Source: Eledone cirrhosa (taxonomy: Eukaryota). Taken from it: a stretch of 64,000 nucleotides of DNA. Below, one piece after another: positions 53,931-64,000 of the stretch. The stretch is taken from contig OZ024748.1 of assembly GCA_964016885.1 (NCBI GenBank), forward strand, positions 14,756,001 to 14,820,000. Reading direction: 5' to 3'. Both the position numbers and the translations under genes were made by a program. The notes under the pieces are model-generated. The model was given only the letters and a program-made list of their open reading frames with translations. It did no database searches and was not told where the DNA came from. Each line of letters begins with the position of its first letter. Position 1 is the stretch's first letter.

Positions 53931-54284
53931 GGAGGCACATGGCTTAGTGGTTAGAGCATTGGCCTTGCAATCGAAAGGTTGTGAGTTCAATTCTAAGACT
54001 GGGTGATGTGTTGTTTCCTTGAGCAAGACACTTTATTTCCCATTGCTCCAGTTTACTCAGCTGTAGAAATGAGATGAGAGGGGACTGCGGTCCCTTATCA
54101 TTCCACTGTAAAGTGGTCGTGGAGGTGCCACGGCAAAAAAAAGCACCCAGCACTCACTGTAAATGAGGTTGGTGTTAGGAAGGGCATCCAGCTGTAGAAA
54201 TCAAGCCAGAATCAGTTCCCGGTCCCACCCTTGCAAGCATGGGAAAAAGCGGACGTAAAATGAAATGAAAATGAATGAAATGAT
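53931..54284 (+). mobile_element. Full-length CORE-like SINE with several small indels relative to sister copies
   Basis: Family consensus. Confidence 0.88.
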
Positions 54285-54507
54285 ATATATATACACCATT
54301 ATATATATATACTACATAAATATATATACACATATATATAACTATAATATATTATCATATATACATATATATATATATACATATATATATTACACTAATA
54401 TATAATATATATACATATATATATACATATATACATATATATAATATTATACATATATATATATATATATATATAATATATATATAATATATAACATATA
54501 TATATAC

Positions 54508-54547
<40 letters not shown>

Positions 54548-55040
54548 CATATATACATATATATATATCATATTCTATATACATATATATATATATATAT
54601 AATATATATATATATTATATATATATATACACATATATACATATATATATATACACATATATACACATATATATATATACTTACATATATATATATATAT
54701 ATATAATATAATATATATACTTATAATTATATATAAATTACTTATACTATATATATATATATACATATACTTATATATATATACATATACTTATATAGAT
54801 ATATATACATATACTATATATATAGATATATATATATACTTATATATATATACATATACTTATATATATACAAATATATATATATATACATATATATATA
54901 AATATATATACATATATATATATACAAATATATATATATATACATATTATATATATAATACACATATATATATAATACACATATATATAATATATACATA
55001 TATATATATACAACATATATAATATACATAGAGATATACA

Positions 55041-55085
<45 letters not shown>

Positions 55086-55119
55086 ATATATACTATTATA
55101 TATATATATATAGATATAA

Positions 55120-55173
<54 letters not shown>

Positions 55174-55355
55174 TATATATAGATATATATATCTAGACAT
55201 ATATATATATAGATATATATATCTAGACAGATATAATATATATAGACACATAAATATATACACACATATATAATATATATACACATATATATATACTATA
55301 TATATACATATATATATACTATATATACATATATATATATATATACATATATATA

Positions 55356-55612
55356 TCATCATCATCATCATCATCATTATATTTTACGTCCACTTTTCCC
55401 TGCTTGCAAGGGTGGGACGGGAACTGATTCTGGCTTGATTTCTACAGCTGGGTGCTTTTTTGCCATGGCGCCTCCACGACCACTTTGCAGTGGAATGATA
55501 GTGACCCCAGTCCCTATCATCTCATTTCTACAGCTGAGTAAACTGGAGCAATGTGAAATAAAGTGTCTTTGCTCAAGGAAACAACACATCACCCAGTCTC
55601 TGAGAATTGAAC
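55356..55612 (-). mobile_element. CORE-like SINE, 5'-truncated, internal deletion at a gctgg microhomology
   Basis: tctacagctgg joined directly to gtgctttttt. Confidence 0.85.
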
Positions 55613-56368
55613 TATATATACATATATATATTAAATATACACACATATATATACACACATATATATATACATATATATACATACATATATATATATACAT
55701 ACATAATATATATATACAAATATATATATACATACATATATATACATATATATATATGTACATATATATATACAAATATATATATATATACATATTTCGT
55801 TTCTGAATTTGTTTAGCAAGATTCTTTATCTGAAATCGTGTGTTGAAACCGATATTGTTATACTTTGGGAGGGTCATGTTGCCAATAAGAAACACACGCA
55901 CCAGTTGCTTTCACTTCAATTTAATTAATATATATTTTATAAATTTACAAATTTATAAATTTCTGGTTGGTTGGTTGGTTCCACAACCAGATAAGTTGTT
56001 TATATATATATAGTCATAGTTCTTTCGTCACACACTCTGTGACCTCTTCAGTGACTGGGGATTTCTTTCTTCGTTTCTGTGCCTTTCCTTTTCTTCTATC
56101 CTACGCCATTTTGTTTGTGTGTGGGTCGATAAAATAAAGTACCAGTAATGTACTGTGTAATTGCTGGCCTATGTGCCAATAGGAGAAACAATTATATAAT
56201 CAATAATTTCTCTGAAGCAACCGGATGAAACATGTGTAAGAGTTATATAAAGAACTTGTTTTTTAGCGGCTTGTAATTCCTTATTGATGACATTATATAA
56301 CCCACACACAAACAAAATGGCGTAGGATAGAAGAAAGGAAAGGCACAGAAACGAAGAAAGAAATCCCC

Positions 56369-56415
56369 AGTCACTGAAGAGGGTCACAGATGTGTGTGAC
56401 GAAAGAACTATGACT
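56369..56415 (+). ncRNA. Minimal type I hammerhead-like motif; mirror copy at 56012-56056 on minus
   Basis: Stem I agtca/tgact; CTGAAGA; stem II gtcaca/tgtgac; GAAA-g-aa-CUA. Confidence 0.6.
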
Positions 56416-56856
56416 AGTATATATATAAACAACTATCTGGTTGTGGAACCAACCAACCAACCAGAAATTTATAAATTTGTAAATTTATAAATATATATTA
56501 AATTAAATTGAAGTGAAAGCAACTGGTGCGTGTGTTTCTTAATGGCAACATGACCCTCCCAAAGTATAACAATATATATACATACATATATATATATATA
56601 CACATATATATATATATACATATATATACACATATATATATATACACATATATATACACATATATATATACACACACATATATATATACATATATATACA
56701 CATATATATATACACATATATATATATATACATACATATATATATATAACATACATATATATAATATACATATATAATATATATATACATATATATACTA
56801 CATTAATATATATACATATATATATATATACACACATATATATATTACACACACAC

Positions 56857-56891
<35 letters not shown>

Positions 56892-56900
56892 CTAAACATA

Positions 56901-56942
<42 letters not shown>

Positions 56943-57060
56943 TTTCTATATAAGCAAATGAATGAATGAAGGAATTACAAGCCGCTAAAAACAAGTTCTT
57001 TATATAACTCTTACACATGTTTCATCCCGGTTGCTTCAGAGAAATTATTGATTATATAAT

Positions 57061-57248
57061 TGTTTCTCCTATTGGCACAAGGCCAGCAAATTACACAGTA
57101 CATTACTGGTACTTTATTTTTATCGACCTCGTAAGGATGAAAGGTAAATTAACCTTGGCGGGATTTGAACTCAGAATGGCAAGGGCCGTAACTCTATGCC
57201 TCAAAGCATGACGTCCGATTCTCTACCGATACTGCCAATCCACCGCGC
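57061..57248 (-). mobile_element. Meta-domain-like SINE, full length
   Basis: Family consensus; ttgattatataat on both sides. Confidence 0.85.
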
Positions 57249-57408
57249 TTATATAATAATTGATTATATAATGTCATCAATAAGTATAAATACCGTTGAG
57301 AATCATTCTCTCAGTTTAACGTCTCTCTGCATGGTAGGCGAGAAAATAACAACAATGACACTTGTGAAAGGGGCATAATCCACCAGGATATGCCCCTATA
57401 TATATACA

Positions 57409-58223
57409 TCTGTATATATATAAAATTAAGTACGTGTGTGTGTCTGTATTACCTATAGGGGCCTACATCTTACGACCGATTTTCATGAAACTTTACAGGC
57501 TCATAGATTAGTCATCGGGGAGCGTGTTTATATAGTTCAGCGTATCGTTTCTTTATTCCGGTGTCATTCTGCAGATAAAAATCAATAGGGGGTTCACCTC
57601 TTTTTAGGTATCGAAAAATAAGATTTTTGGCTCTAGCTCCCACATTTTGTCACCGATTTCGTTCAAATTTTAAAGCAAAATAGAATTTATCATTGCACAT
57701 CCTGTAATCGCTTTATATTTTGCATTTATTGTCAGGGACGGCGTGGTAGCCGCTTAAATATTCAAAAATACCACTTTTAGATTCAAATTTCCACTTTTTC
57801 GGCTCTAGCTCCCACATTTTTCAACCGATTTCGTTCAAATTCGAAACTTCGGTTCCACCTCACACATAAATCAATTTATTTGGTTCAACTTTTATTATTG
57901 CACATCTTATAGATAGTCAAAGGCAAAACGATGGCCACTAACGTCGTCTGAGCTTTTAGTTGTGAATTTGAGAATTCATCGGTTTCCAATCAAGTACCGT
58001 GAGGCAATTTGGCTTAGTGTTAGAGGTCATTACCGCCCTCCTCCAGCATGCCTCTTCGTCAGTCACCCGCGTTTCTCAGTGATAGAGGTCATCACCACCC
58101 TCCCCCGCATGGCCTGTGTGTGGCCATAGATGAGTCATCGAGAAGCAGTCGCTAAGATCAACACCTTTTCATCAAAGCAGATATTATTTTACCTACCCAA
58201 GCAATGCTGGGTACTGCTGCTAG
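57409..58223 (+). mobile_element. Non-autonomous Helitron
   Basis: a|TC 5' end (tctgtatatatataaaa), 3' hairpin accca-agcaatgct-gggt then CTAG|t, no TSD, internal repeated accgattt..aaa motifs. Confidence 0.85.
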
Positions 58224-58246
58224 TATATATGTATATAATTATACAT

Positions 58247-58290
<44 letters not shown>

Positions 58291-59311
58291 CGATCGACTT
58301 TCGTCAAATTGGACCAAGGAAGCAATGTTTTCGTTGGTCTTTCCAGTTGCTAGTACTATCTATCGGTCGCAACTCCAGGTAGGCAGAGCAACATGTAATA
58401 AAGTCTCTTGTTCAAGGACATAACGCATCGCCTGGTCCAGGAATCGTACTCACAACCTCAAGATTGTGAATCCAATTATCTAACCACTCAGCCACACGGC
58501 TTCACTCTCAGCCACACGCCTATATATATTTGGTGGAGCATAAACACAGGCAGACACACACACACACCTATATACAGAGAGAGGGAGAGGTTGGGGCAGA
58601 ATTTATTAAATCTATACATGTGTGTGTATGATGATTGTAAGTTTGTTGTATTTATGGCTCACATCTGTATAGGTTTAGCTGCCTGCCTCATATGGGGTTC
58701 CACAGGGGTTTGAAATGAAGGTTTGTTAATTTCATTGAAGTGCCAAATATAATCAATACTGTTTAGTGAATTGGAATAACATTTATTGAACATTGGGTCT
58801 GTTTGTATTTCTACTCTGAGTTTCTTAGACTCATTTTTTTCTGGTTATGTCAAGAATAGGATAAGAAACTCCAACTAACAAATCAACTGGACTCAATTCT
58901 GACAAAATACATTTACATATATATAAGAATAATACTATTTATAGTTATGTATATACTATAAACAACTATAAACAGGAAAGGTCAGTAATTTATTACTACC
59001 TTATAACCAGTAAGAGAAATAGCTCAATGTAAGAACATCAGTTGTTTTACAGAGCAGGAAAATTTTTTTATTTATTTACATATATATATATATATACATA
59101 TGTATACATATATACGTATGTGTGCATGTGTGTATATATATATATATATATGATGATGATTACATATACAGGAAGAGTTTCTAGCTATAGAAACCAAGCC
59201 AAAATAAATTCTGTATTTGCAAGAAATGAACATCTGATCTGGTTTCTTCGATAAGAGTGCAACTCGTCTAACCCAAGCTAGCATGGAAAAACGGACATTA
59301 AATGATTATGA

Positions 59312-59351
<40 letters not shown>

Positions 59352-59356
<5 letters not shown>

Positions 59357-59550
59357 AACCAGTAAGACCCCGACAGCTGAGCTCAAGCCGTTTCGACGGC
59401 TAATTCTGGACTAATTCCAGAATTAGCCGTCGAAACGGCTTGAGCTCAGCTGTCGGGGTCTTACTGGTTCCTATTACCCACTCTACTACCTCAAGTATTG
59501 AGTACTTTGGTGCGTTATGGTCCACCTGGTTCCTTACCACATTTCCTTCG

Positions 59551-59595
<45 letters not shown>

Positions 59596-59690
59596 TATAT
59601 ACATACACAAATATATATATATATATGTATATATATATAACGAAGGAAATGTGGTAAGGAACCAGGTGGACCATAACGCACCAAAGTACT
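59352..59690. repeat. Double fold-back cassette carrying the 3' half of a hammerhead; family also at 16957-17060 and 30703-30848
   Basis: Perfect 59-bp arms at 59352-59410 and 59416-59474; second 52-bp inverted pair at 59501-59552 and 59639-59690 around (TA)n. Confidence 0.9.
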
Positions 59691-59804
59691 ATATATATAT
59701 ATAGACAGACACATACTCAGGCATTTGTATTGTTTTCTGTGTGTACATTTATTTTTCTTTAAGATGGCTAGAAATTGTAGAATGCTGATCTAAATTCACT
59801 GAAG

Positions 59805-59839
<35 letters not shown>

Positions 59840-60157
59840 ATGTATATTTATATATGTATATGTCTTCCACTGAACCAACTTCACAATAAACATATTTCAT
59901 TTGTTGTTATTATTTCTATTATTATTATTATTATTTCATGTAACATAATTCAGGTCAACAGAGTTCCAAGAAATAAAACAACTGTAGATTCACGACACAC
60001 ACATACACACATGAAATTCTTCACAATTCAATACTCTTGTCTGAAAACAGGTACAAGTAATTATATATATATATAAAGAGAGAGAGAGAGACACATATAT
60101 ATATATAGATATATATATATATACACACACTCACACATATGTAGATATATATGTAGA

Positions 60158-60195
<38 letters not shown>

Positions 60196-60212
60196 TATAG
60201 ATATATATATAT

Positions 60213-60260
<48 letters not shown>

Positions 60261-60277
60261 TCACACATATGTATATA

Positions 60278-60317
<40 letters not shown>

Positions 60318-60370
60318 TATATAGATATAGATATATATATAGAGATATAGATATAGATATATATATATAT

Positions 60371-60582
60371 GTGTAGGCGCCACGAAAAAGTACCCAGCAC
60401 TCACTGTAAATGAGGTTGGTGTTAGGAAGGGCATCCAGCTGTAGAAATCAAGCCAGATCAGTTCCTGTATGAGCAAGGCATGGTCAGCCGACCAGACACT
60501 GCCCACAACAGGACAACCCGTCTAACCCATGCTAGCGTGGAAGAACGGACGTAAAACGGTGATGATGATGATGATGATGATG
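60371..60582 (+). mobile_element. SINE 3' half with alternative tail; also at 48456-48625
   Basis: ggaagggcatccagctgtagaaatcaagcc..gagcaaggcatggtcagccgacc..cccatgctagcgtggaagaacggacgtaaaac(gat)n. Confidence 0.85.
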
Positions 60583-61650
60583 ATATATATAGAGATATAG
60601 ATATAGATATATATATATATAGATATATATATATATATACACACACTCACACATATGTAGATATATATGTGTATATATATATATATATATAGATAGATAT
60701 AGATATATAGATATAGATATATAGATATAGATATAGATATATATATATAGATATATATATATAGATATATATATATATACACACACTCACACATATGTAG
60801 ATATATATGTATATATATATAGATATAGATATATATATATATATATACACATACACATACACACACAAACAAACACTATATATTTATATATAGAGAGAGA
60901 AACCACACACATACATACATTATTATTATCATTTATACATACATATATACACATATGCACACACACACATGCACAGATATACATTTTGAAATATACGATT
61001 CCATTTCCAATGGATATAATCTTGAAAAACAAATTTATGTATTTTCTTATAAATTCTTCATTTGGTTTAACATCCATTCTTTAAATTTTACGCAATAACA
61101 AGGATTTTCCTTCTTTTTTTCTTTCAATGAAAGCCAAATCAGTGAAGCATGATTCATTTTCCAGTTCAGTGAAATTTGCTGACAACATGTTCAGTGTGGC
61201 ATAAATAATAATAATGATTAAAGTATAAAATAGAAGCAAATATACCATAAATTAGATAATCCACAATGTTTAGCTGCAAAGTAATATCATGGATAAAGGA
61301 ATATATTACTTTGTTATAACCTAAAGTAATAAATATATATACATATATATACGCATACACAAATATATATATATATATATATACACAAATATATATATAT
61401 ATATACACAAATATATATATATACACACAAATATATATATATACACACATACTACACAAATATATATATATATATATACACACATATATACACACATACT
61501 ACACAAATAAATATATATATATATATACACACATATACAAATATATATATATACACACATATACAAATATATATATATAGACACGCATATACAAATATAT
61601 ATATATACACACATATACAAATATATATATATATTTGTGTATGTATATAT

Positions 61651-62085
61651 ATCATCATCATCACCATTTTACGTCCATTCTTCCACGCTAGCATGGGTTA
61701 CACAGGTTGTCCTGTTGTAGGCAGTGTGCGGTCGGGTGACCATGTCTTGCTCATACAGGAACTGACTTTTGGCTTGATTTCTACAGCTGTATGCCCTTCC
61801 TAACACCAACCTCATTTACAGTGCGTGCTGGGTGCTTTTTTGCCTAGGCACCTCCACATTCACTTTACTGTGTGGGCTGGGCGCTTTTTTACCGTGGCAC
61901 CTCCACGACCACTTTGCAGTGAAATGATAGGGACCCCAGTCCTATCATCTCATTTCTACAGCTGAGTAAACTGGAGCAATGTGAAATAAAGTGTCTTGCT
62001 CAAGGAAACAACACATCACCCGGTCTGAGAATTGAACTCACAACCTTTCGATTGCAAGCCCAACTAACCACTAAGCCATGCACCT

Positions 62086-62087
<2 letters not shown>
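61651..62087 (-). mobile_element. Full-length CORE-like SINE with alternative tail and duplicated module
   Basis: Same head and CORE block as 19866-20207, tail as in 60371-60582. Confidence 0.88.
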
Positions 62088-62116
<29 letters not shown>

Positions 62117-62421
62117 CAAATATATATATATACACATACACAAATATATATATATATACACATACACAAATATATATATATATATACACATACACAAATA
62201 TATATATATATATACACATACACAAATATATATATATATATACACATACACAAATATATATATATATATACACATACACAAATATATATATATATACACA
62301 TACACAAATATATATATATATATATACACAAATATATATATATATATATACACATATATATATATATATACACAAATATATATATATATATATACACAAA
62401 TATATATATATATATATACAC

Positions 62422-62452
<31 letters not shown>

Positions 62453-62465
62453 TATATATATATAT

Positions 62466-62506
<41 letters not shown>

Positions 62507-62555
62507 AATATATATATGAATACTTATCTATATCTGTGTCTATGTGTCATTGTAC

Positions 62556-62614
<59 letters not shown>

Positions 62615-63533
62615 TACAATGCTTCATAAAATGTTTCCTAGAATTAATTATTCATATGCAAATATCATTACACGATAAAGAGAAAATGAATCTAGTTTTA
62701 TTTTTAACTGACTACTCTTTCTTATAAAAGTACATTTTGGGTTCAGCTAGGTTAAGTCCCTAATGCATGGCAACAGGAATCTGTCTCCATATGTATGAAT
62801 GCATGTGGCTCTGTAGTTAGAGTGGTTATCCTATGATTGTAAGGTCATGAATTTGATTGCTAGCAGTGTAATGTGTCCTTGAGCAAGATACTTTATTTCC
62901 TGTTGCTCGAATCCACTCAGATTGAAAAAAAGAGTGTTATCTGTTATTGAAAGGATTAACCTTGTCACACACTGTGTCAGGAAGAATGGCAGAATCATCT
63001 TAAAATGTATTGTACAATTGCATGTTTCTGTGCAAAGATCAACCACTTAGATGATAATTATCCAATGTAACCTGATCAATTGATCAAACACTTGGAACAC
63101 TGAACATCAGAAAATGTAGATGTCCAACACACAGACACACATATCTCCACCTGTAATAGAGTCACCTGTGTTTTGATTGGCAGCTTGACCCTCCCAAATT
63201 ACAACAATACCTGTTTCAACACATGATTTCACATAAAGAATCATGCAAAATAGATACACAAATGATATACATATATATATATATATATATATATGTATAC
63301 ACACACACATATATATACACACACACATATACATATATATATCATCATCATCATAATCATCATCTTCATTTAACATCCATCTTCCACGCTAGAATGGGTT
63401 AGACGGGAGTTGTCCCATTTGAGGCAAGGTTGGTCGGGTGACCGAGTCTCGCTCATATAGGACTATCTGGCAGGTTTTCTACGGCTGGATGCCCTTCCTA
63501 ACACCAACCACATTTACAGTGTCGAACTGATAC

Positions 63534-63577
<44 letters not shown>

Positions 63578-63670
63578 AACAAATAGTGATGATGATATAT
63601 ATATAACACACACACACATATATATATATATATATGTATGTGACATAAAACATTGATAATGATAATGATG

Positions 63671-64000
<330 letters not shown>

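Noticed and set aside
53706-54026. N-terminal ~107 aa of the 642-aa ORF
   Set aside because: Derived from an antisense SINE head plus a TA tract fused by chance to the truncated LINE frame
60980-61320. Minus-strand membrane-protein-like reading frame (MVYLLLFYTLIIIIIYATL...)
   Set aside because: In-frame stop after ~55 codons and AT-rich codon bias explains the hydrophobicity; no family recognised

Overview
AT-rich eukaryotic, non-coding (intronic or intergenic) DNA saturated with (TA)n, (CA)n, (GA)n and trinucleotide microsatellites. The repeat landscape resembles an octopus (coleoid cephalopod) genome; this is an inference, not a database result. Nearly all long ORFs in the track are microsatellite artefacts. 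Supportable elements: one 5'-truncated but open CR1/L2-group LINE reverse transcriptase (52006-53705, minus), three RTE-LINE 3' fragments, many tRNA-headed SINEs of two types (CORE-like with RTE-derived tails, and a Meta-domain-like family), a hAT MITE with an 8-bp TSD, piggyBac-like TTAA MITEs, Tc1/mariner MITEs and a non-autonomous Helitron. The most striking signal is about a dozen type I hammerhead-ribozyme (HHR) motifs from at least 8 different sequence families. Most sit in fold-back (inverted-repeat) cassettes that abut (TA)n tracts, including a perfect 489-bp inverted repeat at 40578-42198. This points to a diverse, (TA)n-associated Penelope-like/retrozyme system whose inversion junctions often fall inside the ribozyme. 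No host gene could be identified with confidence; a few candidate exons are listed at low confidence.
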